Shown one piece after another: positions 1-8,414 of a DNA stretch of 58,016 nt. Every line of letters begins with the position of its first letter. Positions within the stretch are counted from its first letter, which is position 1. Both the position numbers and the translations under genes were made by a program. This DNA is from a bacterium (GTDB taxonomy: Bacteria; Patescibacteriota; Microgenomatia; Daviesbacterales; UBA10151), in the NCBI GenBank assembly GCA_030647265.1, contig JAUSJM010000034.1, positions 1 to 58,016 on the forward strand, in the 5' to 3' direction. Below the pieces are notes generated by a model that had not been told where the DNA came from, did not search any database, and saw nothing but the letters and a program-made list of their open reading frames with translations.

Positions 1-23
1 GATTGAAAATGTAATTTAGCCTC

Positions 24-52
24 TTGCATTATTGGGTCAAATATTGTATATT
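24..52 (+). promoter_or_regulatory. candidate sigma70-type promoter for tuf (TTGCAT-N17-TATATT)
   Basis: ttgcat at 24-29, a 17-nt spacer, tatatt at 47-52. The leader has a small hairpin ccagct/agctgg at 60-75. Confidence 0.4.
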
Positions 53-97
53 TTCCTTACCAGCTGAGTAGCTGGCTTATTTTGCTTAAAAACTAAT

Positions 98-1282
98 ATG
101 GCAGACGCTAAAAAATACGAAAGAACAAAACCGCACGTTAATATTGGCACCATGGGTCATGTGGATCACGGTAAAACCACTTTAACCGCCGCTATCATGA
201 CTGTTTTGGCTGGCAAGGGGCTGGCCCAGAAATCTTCTGTTGATGAGATTGACAACGCTCCTGAGGAAAAAGCTCGTGGTATTACTATTAATATTTCCCA
301 CCGAGAATATGAGACAGAGAAAAGGCACTATGCCCACATTGATATGCCGGGTCACGCCGACTATATCAAAAACATGATTACCGGTGCTGCTCAAACAGAC
401 GGAGCAATTTTGGTAGTGTCTGCTCCTGATGGACCCATGCCTCAAACCCGGGAGCACATCCTTTTGGCCCGTCAGGTAGGAGTACCGGCAGTTGTAGTTT
501 ACCTGAATAAAACCGATCAGGTCTCTGATCCGGAGCTTTTGGATTTGGTGGAAGAGGAAGTAAGAGATCTTTTAAAGAAATACCAGTATGATCCTAACTC
601 CCCTATCATCAGAGGTTCAGCCTTGAAGGCTTTGAGTGGTGATCCTGAGGCTGTTAAATCTATCGAAGAGCTGATGAAAGCGGTTGACGAGTGGATTCCT
701 ACTCCTACCCGGGATATTGATAAGCCCTTCCTGATGGCTGTAGAGGATGTTTTCTCTATTAAGGGCCGGGGAACAGTGGTGACGGGAAGAATTGAGAGAG
801 GAAAAGTTAAGGTCAACGAAGAAATTGAAATTATAGGAATCAGACCAACAAAGAAAAGCGTTGTGACTGGAATAGAAATGTTTCATAAAATGCTTGATGA
901 AGGTCAAGCCGGAGATAATGCCGGGATACTTCTTCGCGGTATTGAAAAAGATGATGTGGAGCGCGGTCAGGTGTTGGCTAAACCCGGCTCTATCACTCCT
1001 CACGCTGAATTTGAAGCGGAAGTTTATGTTCTTTCTAAAGAAGAGGGCGGAAGACACACTCCGTTCTTTAAAGGTTACAGACCACAATTCTATATCAGAA
1101 CCACTGACGTGACCGGCGAAGTAATCTTGCCGGAAGGTGTAGAGATGGTGATGCCTGGTGATACCACCAAGATGACAGCTAAGCTTATTACTCCGGTAGC
1201 TATGGAAGAGGGTTTAAGGTTTGCTGTCAGAGAAGGTGGAAAGACAGTGGGAGCTGGGGTAATCACGAAGATTATTAAGTAA
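98..1282 (+). CDS. tuf: translation elongation factor Tu
   Basis: 394-aa ORF with [11 protein letters not shown]-loop, DMPGHADY and NKTD GTPase motifs. Sits directly upstream of rpsJ. Confidence 0.97.
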   Translation: MADAKKYERTKPHVNIGTMGHVDHGKTTLTAAIMTVLAGKGLAQKSSVDEIDNAPEEKARGITINISHREYETEKRHYAHIDMPGHADYIKNMITGAAQTDGAILVVSAPDGPMPQTREHILLARQVGVPAVVVYLNKTDQVSDPELLDLVEEEVRDLLKKYQYDPNSPIIRGSALKALSGDPEAVKSIEELMKAVDEWIPTPTRDIDKPFLMAVEDVFSIKGRGTVVTGRIERGKVKVNEEIEIIGIRPTKKSVVTGIEMFHKMLDEGQAGDNAGILLRGIEKDDVERGQVLAKPGSITPHAEFEAEVYVLSKEEGGRHTPFFKGYRPQFYIRTTDVTGEVILPEGVEMVMPGDTTKMTAKLITPVAMEEGLRFAVREGGKTVGAGVITKIIK

Positions 1283-1307
1283 CTAAGAGATAGTTTAGGG
1301 TATTAAG

Positions 1308-1330
1308 AGGGGGCTAAAAGGCCCTTTTTT
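1308..1330 (+). terminator. weak terminator-like element after tuf
   Basis: Short GC stem gggc/gccc (1311-1314 / 1321-1324) followed by a T6 run. Confidence 0.3.
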
Positions 1331-1388
1331 CATGAGGTTGTGGTAGAATATAGCACATTAACAGTAGGAAAAAGTATTTTTAAAAAAT

Positions 1389-1700
1389 ATGGCTAAAGGA
1401 CGTATTCGCGTAAAACTTAAAAGTTATGATCATCGGGTACTCGATAGCACTATCGAGCAGCTTTTGGATACTGCTTTACGTACCGGTGCCAAAATTGTTG
1501 GCCCGATCCCTCTTCCTACTAAAACAGAAAAATTTACTGTTATCCGAGGTACTTCTTCTAACGCTAAAAATTCCCAGGAAGCTTTTGAACTAAAAACCCA
1601 CAAGAGACTGGTAGAAATCGTTGAACCAACAGATAAGACTATTGATAGCCTTATGCATTTGGAATTACCGGCAGGAGTAGACATTGAGATAAAGACGTAA
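1389..1700 (+). CDS. rpsJ: 30S ribosomal protein uS10
   Basis: 103-aa ORF with the uS10-type N-terminus RIRVKLKSYDHRVLD. Lies directly after tuf. Confidence 0.95.
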   Translation: MAKGRIRVKLKSYDHRVLDSTIEQLLDTALRTGAKIVGPIPLPTKTEKFTVIRGTSSNAKNSQEAFELKTHKRLVEIVEPTDKTIDSLMHLELPAGVDIEIKT

Positions 1701-1752
1701 ATAGACTTTGGGGATTTCCCGATAGTCTTTTCTTTTTGCTTTGCAAAAACGT

Positions 1753-1818
1753 AAAACTATTGATTCCTTAATGCACTTGGAACTCCCCGCCGGAGTTGAC
1801 ATCGAAGTCAAGATGTAG
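1753..1818 (+). pseudogene. orphan duplicate of the last 21 codons plus stop of an rpsJ gene
   Basis: Encodes KTIDSLMHLELPAGVDIEVKM*, against KTIDSLMHLELPAGVDIEIKT* for the intact gene at 1635-1700. There is no upstream rpsJ-like reading frame. Confidence 0.8.
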
Positions 1819-2112
1819 GATTCTCCCCTACGAAATGTTCTAGTAACCGTTGATCGCTTGCCAGCAAGATTAGCAATAAGTGAGTGGGCATTTCCAAAAC
1901 TTGCTTACCTTGAGCATCCTTGAGAATAAAAGCAAAATTACGGTCCGATAGCATCTGGAGACTTTTTCTTAATAATAGTGCCTGACGGGTGATTTCGCTT
2001 ATACTCTATTAGTTTTTATAGCCTCTGTCCTAAGAGATTCCTGAAGTTCTGGTTCCAAGTCAATTGTTATTCTTATTCTTTTAGATGTGTTGTCAAGGCG
2101 TTCTCCAGACAT
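1808..2112 (-). pseudogene. frameshifted ribbon-helix-helix (CopG/Arc-type) antitoxin-like gene
   Basis: Hand translation gives ATG 2112, MSGERLDNTSKRIRITIDLEPELQESLRTEAIKTNRV*, stop at 1999. It continues in another frame as SISEITRQALLLRKSLQ... down to 1808. Joined, the pieces form a typical RHH strand-helix-helix. An AGGGGGA Shine-Dalgarno lies upstream. Confidence 0.45.
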
Positions 2113-2177
2113 TCCCCCTATTATAGGGTACAAATACGATTTGTCAACTTTCGTTTTTGAGGCTAGGGATTTTTAGC

Positions 2178-2206
2178 TTGACACATTAAAGGTGTAAGGC
2201 TAAATA
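2178..2206 (+). promoter_or_regulatory. candidate promoter TTGACA-N17-TAAATA inside the rpsJ-rplC insert
   Basis: ttgaca at 2178-2183, a 17-nt spacer, taaata at 2201-2206. It faces the DUF4258-like/DUF2283 pair. Confidence 0.4.
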
Positions 2207-2229
2207 TTGTCCTATGCTATCATAAAGAT

Positions 2230-2397
2230 GTGAGAATTCTTTTGACACTTCATGTTCATGAGAAGCTTCAGGAGAAGGATGCGAAGCTACTAAAAATTAC
2301 CAAGAAGAAGATCCTGGCAGTTCTCTCACATCCTGATAAGATTAATCGGACTAATTATCCAGCAGAGAAAGGAAGATATGAAAGTAAAGTATTTTGA
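2230..2397 (+). CDS. short DUF4258-like toxin candidate (GTG start, 55 aa, possibly truncated)
   Basis: Hand translation: VRILLTLHVHEKLQEKDAKLLKITKKKILAVLSHPDKINRTNYPAEKGRYESKVF*. It shows the H..EKL...I....IL.VL..PD pattern and overlaps the DUF2283 start by 20 nt. Absent from the ORF track. Confidence 0.3.
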   Translation: MRILLTLHVHEKLQEKDAKLLKITKKKILAVLSHPDKINRTNYPAEKGRYESKVF

Positions 2398-2626
2398 AGA
2401 CGCTGATTTGTTAAGCTTTCGTATTAGTAATGAGCCATACAAGTACGCTCGTCAGTTTGATGATGTCATTATTCACTACAGTGCAAAAAAGGAACCGGTT
2501 TTAATTGAGGTGATTGACGCGGCGAAGTTCCTCAAAAAGACTACCCACCTGTTACCTAAAAAGGTCCAGGCTAAAATTTGGCCTGGGAGAGTTTCCACCC
2601 CAGTTGCTCACCAAATTAAGCGTTGA
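2378..2626 (+). CDS. DUF2283-family small protein (usual partner of DUF4258)
   Basis: 82-aa ORF. The N-terminus MKVKYFEDADLLSFRIS resembles the DUF2283 consensus (MKI.YD.EADALYI.L). Confidence 0.55.
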   Translation: MKVKYFEDADLLSFRISNEPYKYARQFDDVIIHYSAKKEPVLIEVIDAAKFLKKTTHLLPKKVQAKIWPGRVSTPVAHQIKR

Positions 2627-2720
2627 TATCTTTCTCTTGCAATCTAGCTTCAAGCTATGCTACAATCCGGATACACCATGGAGTGGAAATAGAATAAAAA
2701 CAATTTTTCAGTAAATTGTG

Positions 2721-2755
2721 CGTCCTGAGCGAGTGTAAACGAGTCTAAGGATACG
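2721..2755. repeat. CCTGAGC...AAGGA hairpin-repeat copy (variant)
   Basis: cgtcctgagcgagtgtaaacgagtctaaggatacg. It shares the CCTGAG / CGA..AAGGA ends with the copies at 2781-2815, 14619-14663, 30427-30446 and 51440-51457. Confidence 0.5.
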
Positions 2756-2780
2756 ACAATTGAAGGTGTGCACAATTGCT

Positions 2781-2820
2781 GAGTGAGACCCTGAGCAAAG
2801 TCGAAGGGCTCACTCTTTTT
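2781..2820 (+). terminator. intrinsic-terminator-like hairpin (also a copy of the CCTGAGC..GAAGGG repeat)
   Basis: gagtgagaccct (2781-2792) pairs with agggctcactc (2805-2815): 11 bp with one bulge and a 12-nt loop gagcaaagtcga. It is followed by T5 and then T6. It ends 15 nt before the rplC ATG. Confidence 0.6.
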
Positions 2821-2834
2821 AATGGCTTTTTTAT

Positions 2835-3626
2835 ATGATTAATACTTTATTGGGAATAAAAAAGAATATGACATCTACCTATGATGCCCGGGGCAGAAGG
2901 GTGGGAGCTACTGTAGTGGAAGTTATGCCTAATTTTGTGACCCAGGTAAAGACTGCTGACAGCAAAGATGGCTATGAGGCAGTGCAATTAGGGCTAGGAA
3001 GCAAAAAATCTGTCCGAAAACCTCAACTAGGTCATCTTAAAAAAGCCGGAGTAGATCAAAAAGTAAGATGGCTTAGAGAAGTAAGAGAAGATATGGCAGA
3101 TGTCAAATTAGGAGACTCAGTTGAAGTCTCCTCTGTTTTTTCTAAGGGTGACGCTGTCAAAGTGACTGGTATATCCAAGGGTCGGGGTTTTCAGGGAGGA
3201 GTCAGACGTTATGGTTTTGCAGGAGGTCCTAAAACTCACGGCCAGTCAGACAGGCACCGGGCTCCCGGTTCCATTGGTTCCGGCACTACCCCGGGGAGAG
3301 TTTTAAAAGGTAAAAGGATGGCCGGGCATATGGGAGCAGCTACGGTTTCCGTCCGAGGTTTAGAGGTGGTAGAGGTAGACAAAAGTAAAAATTTGTTAAT
3401 TATTAAGGGAGGAATCCCCGGAGCTACCGGTTCCTTGGTCAGTATTTCTAAACTGGGAAGAATTAAAGGTTATACTCCCCCTCCGGAAGAGAAACCAGAG
3501 GAGGAAGAGGAATCTGAGGAGAAAAAGGTAGAGGCAGGTGCTAGCGAGGCAGAAGGACAAACTGCAATTGAAGCAGAAGCAGCAGAAACACCAGAAGTAA
3601 AGGAGGGAGCAGAAAATGCCGGTTAA
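2835..3626 (+). CDS. rplC: 50S ribosomal protein uL3 with an acidic C-terminal tail
   Basis: 263 aa with the uL3 core (KGRGFQGGVRRYGF, GHMG). The last ~50 aa are an E/A-rich extension. Confidence 0.95.
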   Translation: MINTLLGIKKNMTSTYDARGRRVGATVVEVMPNFVTQVKTADSKDGYEAVQLGLGSKKSVRKPQLGHLKKAGVDQKVRWLREVREDMADVKLGDSVEVSSVFSKGDAVKVTGISKGRGFQGGVRRYGFAGGPKTHGQSDRHRAPGSIGSGTTPGRVLKGKRMAGHMGAATVSVRGLEVVEVDKSKNLLIIKGGIPGATGSLVSISKLGRIKGYTPPPEEKPEEEEESEEKKVEAGASEAEGQTAIEAEAAETPEVKEGAENAG

Positions 3627-4386
3627 AAAGTCTCCGCCAAAGGCGGATCAGCCTGTGGCTGAAAAAGTAAAAGAAACAAAAACTAAAAAAGTGACTGCTA
3701 AGGTAGCTAGGCCAAGAAGTGTAGCAGTAGGTTTGTCTGTCCCTGTGTACAGCCTGGAGGGCAAGGAAAGCGGAACCTTAAGCCTACCTAAAGAAATTTT
3801 TGGGGGAGCTGTTAATAAGGTTCTCCTGTCCCAGGCCTTAAGGGTTTATATGAATAACCAAAAGACCCATTTTGCCCATACCAAGACCCGTTCTGAGGTT
3901 AAAGTTTCCACCAGAAAAATTTACCGCCAGAAAGGTACAGGAGGAGCCAGACACGGAGCCAGATCAGCTCCGATTTTTGTGGGCGGAGGAGTGGCTTTGG
4001 GACCGAAGTTTAGAAAAGTGATCTTGGATTTGCCCAAAAAGATGAAACAAAAGGCATTACTGGCAGCCCTTTCTTCCAAGGTGCAGGCCAAAGAAGCAGT
4101 AGGGATAGAAGGTTTAGATAAAGCTTCCGGAAAAACCAGCCAGATGCAAAAATTAATGAAGGGGCTCTCTAAAAATGGTGCTTTTTTAGCAAAAAGTAAC
4201 GCTCTGCTGGCTTTGGGAGAAAAAAATGATCAGGTTGTCCGGGCTGCCAGGAATTTACCGGGCTTAGATATTTTACCAGTAGAGCAGCTGAATGCTTTGG
4301 AGGTTATGTCACATCAAACTTTGATCTTAACTAAGGAAGCAGTAGTAAAACTTTCCACTAAAGTTCAAGGAGAGGTAAAATCATGA
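3616..4386 (+). CDS. rplD: 50S ribosomal protein uL4 with a basic N-terminal extension
   Basis: 256 aa with the uL4 core (RQKGTGGARHG). It has a ~40-aa K-rich N-terminus and overlaps rplC by 11 nt. Confidence 0.93.
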   Translation: MPVKKSPPKADQPVAEKVKETKTKKVTAKVARPRSVAVGLSVPVYSLEGKESGTLSLPKEIFGGAVNKVLLSQALRVYMNNQKTHFAHTKTRSEVKVSTRKIYRQKGTGGARHGARSAPIFVGGGVALGPKFRKVILDLPKKMKQKALLAALSSKVQAKEAVGIEGLDKASGKTSQMQKLMKGLSKNGAFLAKSNALLALGEKNDQVVRAARNLPGLDILPVEQLNALEVMSHQTLILTKEAVVKLSTKVQGEVKS

Positions 4387-4766
4387 ATATCATCTTAAGA
4401 AAAGCCATTATTTCCGAGAAAGCGATGAAGCAGGCAGGACAAAATCTTTATACTTTTTTGGTAAGCTCTAAGGCCCGGAAGCCGGAGATTGCCAAAGCGG
4501 TTAAGGAAAAGTTCGGAGTAGAGGTCGTGGCAGTAAAAACAGTAAACTTTAAAGAGGGAAGCAAAATGCAGCGGACCAGGAGAAAGTATTTTTCTGTCCC
4601 GGGCTACAAAAAAGCTTTGGTAGCCTTAAAAGATGGACAAAAAATCGCCCTCTTTGAAGCTGAGGCAGCTACGGAACAGGAAGTTGAGCCCAAAGAGGAA
4701 GTCAGAGAAAAAAAGAGCTTGCTTAGAGGTACTAAGGTAAAGATCGAGAAAGGAGGAAAGAAGTAA
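4383..4766 (+). CDS. rplW: 50S ribosomal protein uL23
   Basis: 127 aa with an ATGA overlap onto rplD. Position in the cluster and the uL23 core fit; the C-terminal tail is E/K-rich. Confidence 0.92.
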   Translation: MNIILRKAIISEKAMKQAGQNLYTFLVSSKARKPEIAKAVKEKFGVEVVAVKTVNFKEGSKMQRTRRKYFSVPGYKKALVALKDGQKIALFEAEAATEQEVEPKEEVREKKSLLRGTKVKIEKGGKK

Positions 4767-4767
4767 G

Positions 4768-5586
4768 ATGGCTTTAATGCAGTACAAAGAAAAAACACCT
4801 AGCCGCCGCTTTGCTTCTAAAATGGGCAAACCGGAGAAAAATGAGAACGCTCCCAAGGGGTTGTGGAAGATTTTAGTAAAACACAGCGGTCGTTCTAAGG
4901 GTCGGGTGACAGTGCGCCATCAAGGTGGCAGGCACAAAAGGTACTACCGGGAGATTGATTTTAAACGCAATAAATTTGGGGTGGAAGGTGTTGTTGCTGC
5001 TTTGGAATACGATCCCAACCGCAATGTCGGCATTGCCCTTATAAAATACTCTGATGGGGAATATCGTTATATCCTGGCTCCCCAAGGTCTGAAGGTGGGA
5101 GACAAGGTGGAAGCCGGAGAAAAGGTAGAGATTAGGACGGGCAATGCCATGAGGCTAAAAAGCCTGCCGGTTGGCACGATGGTCCATAATGTGGAGTTGG
5201 TGCCGGGAAAGGGTGGACAGCTGGGAAGAAGTGCTGGAATCTCTTTGGCTTTACAAGCCAAGCAAGCTCCTTTCGCTCACTTGAAAATGCCTTCCGGAGA
5301 GATTAGAATGGTTCCTTTGCAGGCCTTGGCCACCGTAGGGATTTTAGGAAATGAGGACTGGAAGCATATTAACTTTGGTAAAGCAGGAAGAAAAAGACAT
5401 ATGGGAATAAGGCCAACAGTCAGAGGGACTGCTCAAGAACCAAGTTCTCATCCTCATGGTGGTGGTGAAGGAAGATCTGGAGTAGGAAGAAAGAAACCGA
5501 TGACAAAGTACGGCAGACCGGCTGTAGGCAAGACCAGGAAGAAAGGAAAGCAGTCCGGTAGGTATATTATAAAGAGGAGAAAGTAA
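4768..5586 (+). CDS. rplB: 50S ribosomal protein uL2
   Basis: 272 aa with GGRHKRYYR and HPHGGGEGR motifs. Confidence 0.97.
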   Translation: MALMQYKEKTPSRRFASKMGKPEKNENAPKGLWKILVKHSGRSKGRVTVRHQGGRHKRYYREIDFKRNKFGVEGVVAALEYDPNRNVGIALIKYSDGEYRYILAPQGLKVGDKVEAGEKVEIRTGNAMRLKSLPVGTMVHNVELVPGKGGQLGRSAGISLALQAKQAPFAHLKMPSGEIRMVPLQALATVGILGNEDWKHINFGKAGRKRHMGIRPTVRGTAQEPSSHPHGGGEGRSGVGRKKPMTKYGRPAVGKTRKKGKQSGRYIIKRRK

Positions 5587-5611
5587 ATATTTTATTTACG
5601 CAAGAAAAAAT

Positions 5612-5896
5612 ATGAGTAGAAGTTTAAAAAAAGGACCATATATTGATGTCAAGTTGATGAAAAAGATCATGGCCCAAAAGTCAGAGGGTCAAAAGAGTGC
5701 TATTAAAACCTGGGCCAGGGCATCACAAATTGCCCCGGAGTTTGTGGGTCATACTTTTATGATCCATAACGGTAAAATTTTTATTTCGGTTTATATAACA
5801 GAGGCCATGGTAGGTCATAGGTTGGGAGAGTTTTCTCCCACGAGAACTTTTAAAGGCCACGGTAAGATGACGGAAAAGTCTACAGCAAAGACATAA
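5612..5896 (+). CDS. rpsS: 30S ribosomal protein uS19
   Basis: 94 aa with SLKKGPYID and HNGK motifs. Confidence 0.96.
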   Translation: MSRSLKKGPYIDVKLMKKIMAQKSEGQKSAIKTWARASQIAPEFVGHTFMIHNGKIFISVYITEAMVGHRLGEFSPTRTFKGHGKMTEKSTAKT

Positions 5897-5903
5897 AAAG
5901 AAT

Positions 5904-6266
5904 ATGGAAGTAATGACAATACAAAAATATATACATACCTCGCCGAGAAAGCTCAGACTGGTAGCGGATATGGTCAGAAAGATGAAACCTTCCCGGGCTT
6001 TGGTAACTTTACAGTTTGCTAATAAGGCTGCAGCTTTGCCTTTGAAAAAAGCTTTACAGACGGTGTTGGCTGATGCTGAACAAAAAAAGCTTCAGCAGGA
6101 AACGTTGGCTTTTAAAGTTTTGGAGATTAATGAGGGACCAAAGCTTGCCCGTTACCATGCCGGTACCAAGGGACGGGCCAACCCTTATAGACGGAAGATG
6201 AGCCATATCAAAATCGTCTTGACAGACGATTCAAAAGTCTCCGCGATAAAGAAAGGGGAAAAGTAA
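5904..6266 (+). CDS. rplV: 50S ribosomal protein uL22
   Basis: 120 aa with SPRKLRLVADMVR. The start could instead be ATG 5913. Confidence 0.93.
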   Translation: MEVMTIQKYIHTSPRKLRLVADMVRKMKPSRALVTLQFANKAAALPLKKALQTVLADAEQKKLQQETLAFKVLEINEGPKLARYHAGTKGRANPYRRKMSHIKIVLTDDSKVSAIKKGEK

Positions 6267-6910
6267 TGGGACAAAAGATACATCCAATTGGTTTTAGAAT
6301 GGGAGAAACGGCAACCTGGGAGTCTAGGTGGTTTGGCGACAAAAAAAAATACCGTCAGTTTGTAGTGGAAGATATTAAAATTCGGGAGCTTTTGATGAAA
6401 AAGCTTAAAGGAGCAGGTGTGACAAAGGTGGAAATTGAAAGAGCCAGCAACCGTTTAAAGGTCTTAATCTTTGTGGCCCGCCCGGGAGTGTTAATCGGAC
6501 GAGGAGGTACGGGTCTCTCGGAGCTAAAAAAGTTCCTCATGCAAGAGCTGAATATTAAAGAAGAAAGCGCTTTGGAAATTGCTCCCATGGATATAAAAGC
6601 CCCCGATTTATCAGCCTACTTGGTAGCCCAAAGTGCTGCTGAGCAGCTGATCAAAAGGCTGCCGGCCCAAAGGGTGATGAACCAGATTCTTGATCGGGTC
6701 ATGAGAGCTGGAGCCAAAGGAGTGAGAATTGTTTTAGCAGGAAGAATCGGAGGAGCAGAGATTGCCCGCCGGGAGTGGAAAGCCACAGGCACTATGCCGC
6801 TTCATACCATCCGCCAGGATATTGATTTTGCCTCAGTTCCGGCTTTGACTAAATCGGGATATGTGGGAGTAAAAGTGTGGATTAACCGTGGTGAGGCAAT
6901 AGAAAGTTAA
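6266..6910 (+). CDS. rpsC: 30S ribosomal protein uS3
   Basis: 214 aa with the [11 protein letters not shown]-terminus and a KH domain. Confidence 0.96.
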   Translation: MGQKIHPIGFRMGETATWESRWFGDKKKYRQFVVEDIKIRELLMKKLKGAGVTKVEIERASNRLKVLIFVARPGVLIGRGGTGLSELKKFLMQELNIKEESALEIAPMDIKAPDLSAYLVAQSAAEQLIKRLPAQRVMNQILDRVMRAGAKGVRIVLAGRIGGAEIARREWKATGTMPLHTIRQDIDFASVPALTKSGYVGVKVWINRGEAIES

Positions 6911-6914
6911 AAAT

Positions 6915-7331
6915 ATGGCATTACTTGTACCAAAAAGAGTTAAACATCGAAAAACATTCCGCGGTAAACGGGGCGGTTTGGCTACCCGCGGCAATACCCT
7001 CTCTTTCGGAAGTTTTGGTTTGAAAGCCATGGAGAGCGGTTGGATCTCCTCCCGGCAGCTGGAAGCAGCCAGGCGGGCGATTACCCACTTTACCGCCCGG
7101 GGAGGAAGATTATGGATTCGGATCTTTCCCGATAAACCGGTAACTAAGCATCCAGCTGAGGCCAGAATGGGTTCCGGGAAGGGTGATGTTATAGGGTATG
7201 TCGCAGTGGTTAAACCCGGATCAATTATTTTTGAGATGGGAGCTGTTCCCTCCCAGACTGCAGTTGAAGCTTTAAGACTGGCAGCCCATAAACTGCCCTT
7301 ACAAACAAGATTTGTCACTAAAGAAAGTTAA
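6915..7331 (+). CDS. rplP: 50S ribosomal protein uL16
   Basis: 138 aa with PKRVKHRK and RMGSGKG. Confidence 0.96.
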   Translation: MALLVPKRVKHRKTFRGKRGGLATRGNTLSFGSFGLKAMESGWISSRQLEAARRAITHFTARGGRLWIRIFPDKPVTKHPAEARMGSGKGDVIGYVAVVKPGSIIFEMGAVPSQTAVEALRLAAHKLPLQTRFVTKES

Positions 7332-7343
7332 AAGGAGAAAAAG

Positions 7344-7565
7344 ATGAAGAAAAACGATTTGGCAGAAATAAAAAAGATTGATCAAGCCTCTTTAAAAGAG
7401 AGGGTTAAAAAGTTACAAAAAGAGATTTTGGATTTGCTCTTTGATAAGGGAATGGGTAAAATATCAAACTCAAAGCAAATTAAAAATAAAAGAAGGGATT
7501 TGGCCCAGATGATGACAATTTTAAGACAAAAACAACTGATTGCAGAGCTGGAGGCAAAGAAATGA
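7344..7565 (+). CDS. rpmC: 50S ribosomal protein uL29
   Basis: 73-aa helical ORF between rplP and rpsQ. Confidence 0.9.
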   Translation: MKKNDLAEIKKIDQASLKERVKKLQKEILDLLFDKGMGKISNSKQIKNKRRDLAQMMTILRQKQLIAELEAKK

Positions 7566-8005
7566 TAAAAGAAAAAGGAAAACAACAAAAAACTTTAAGC
7601 CATCTTCTTCGGGGAAGGGTTGTTTCTGCCAAGTTACCGCAAACTGTCACGGTGTTGGTGGAAAGAACTAAAGTTCATCCGATTTACGGAAAGTCCTATA
7701 GAAGGAGCAAAAAATATTTGGCCCACACTACCCTGTCTTTAACAGAGGGGGATTTAGTGGAGATGATTAAATGTAAGCCTATTTCTAAAAACAAGCACTT
7801 CCTGGTCTTAAAGATGGTTGGTAAGGATATTGAAGCTGTAGTAACAGAACAGTTAAAAGAAGAGGCAGCCAAGGAGATTGCCGAGGCTATGCCAGTAGAG
7901 AAGACTGAGGAGACTTCAGTCATCAGTAATCAGACAGAGGAGAAAGTAGTAAAAGATCAAGAAAAGAGAAAGCCCAAACAAAGAAAGGAGAAGTCTAAAA
8001 GCTAA
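7562..8005 (+). CDS. rpsQ: 30S ribosomal protein uS17 with a long K/E-rich C-terminal tail
   Basis: 147 aa with the uS17 core (RGRVVSAKLPQTVTVLVER...HPIYGK). About 60 extra residues at the C-terminus; ATGA overlap with rpmC. Confidence 0.93.
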   Translation: MIKEKGKQQKTLSHLLRGRVVSAKLPQTVTVLVERTKVHPIYGKSYRRSKKYLAHTTLSLTEGDLVEMIKCKPISKNKHFLVLKMVGKDIEAVVTEQLKEEAAKEIAEAMPVEKTEETSVISNQTEEKVVKDQEKRKPKQRKEKSKS

Positions 8006-8030
8006 CAGCTGAAGACTGATAACTGATTTT

Positions 8031-8399
8031 ATGGTTCAACACAGGACGATGTTAAAAGTGGCAGATAACAGTGGAGCAAAAATCTTGCAGGTGATTCAGC
8101 CGTTAGGCGGATCCGGTAAGAGAAAGGCTACTTTGGGGGAGACAATGGTGGCAGTGGTAAAAGGTGCTATTCCCAACGGTCAGGTAAAAGACTCAGAAAT
8201 AGTGAGGGTGGTACTAGTGAGAGCTAGAAAAGAGATCAGACGAGCAGATGGTTCCTATATTAAGGATGATGAAAATGCCGGAGCGGTTATCGAAAAAGAC
8301 GGAAACTTAAGGCCCACAAGACTTTTTGGACCGATTGCCCGGGAGGTTAGAGAAAGGGGTTTTACTAAAATTGCCTCTTTGGCTCCGGAAGTATGGTAA
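8031..8399 (+). CDS. rplN: 50S ribosomal protein uL14
   Basis: 122 aa with the ADNSGAK motif. Confidence 0.97.
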   Translation: MVQHRTMLKVADNSGAKILQVIQPLGGSGKRKATLGETMVAVVKGAIPNGQVKDSEIVRVVLVRARKEIRRADGSYIKDDENAGAVIEKDGNLRPTRLFGPIAREVRERGFTKIASLAPEVW

Positions 8400-8414
8400 G
8401 GAGGATTTAAAAAC

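Noticed and set aside
182-1112. Track ORFs antisense to or out of frame within tuf (182-457, 517-816, 617-1087, 894-1112).
   Set aside because: They lie entirely inside a strongly supported EF-Tu gene, and their translations are low-complexity with no motifs. They are shadow ORFs.

The same reasoning applies to the antisense ORFs inside rpsC/rplP (6833-7318), the ATPase (25253-27235), ppsA (28844-29155), comM (48560-49012), DUF3048 (53111-53506) and secD (54674-55186, 55310-55876).
2514-2714. Track ORF 2514-2714 overlapping the DUF2283 gene and the repeat region.
   Set aside because: It is out of frame with a better-supported ORF, is basic and low-complexity, and runs into the hairpin repeats. 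Probably not coding.
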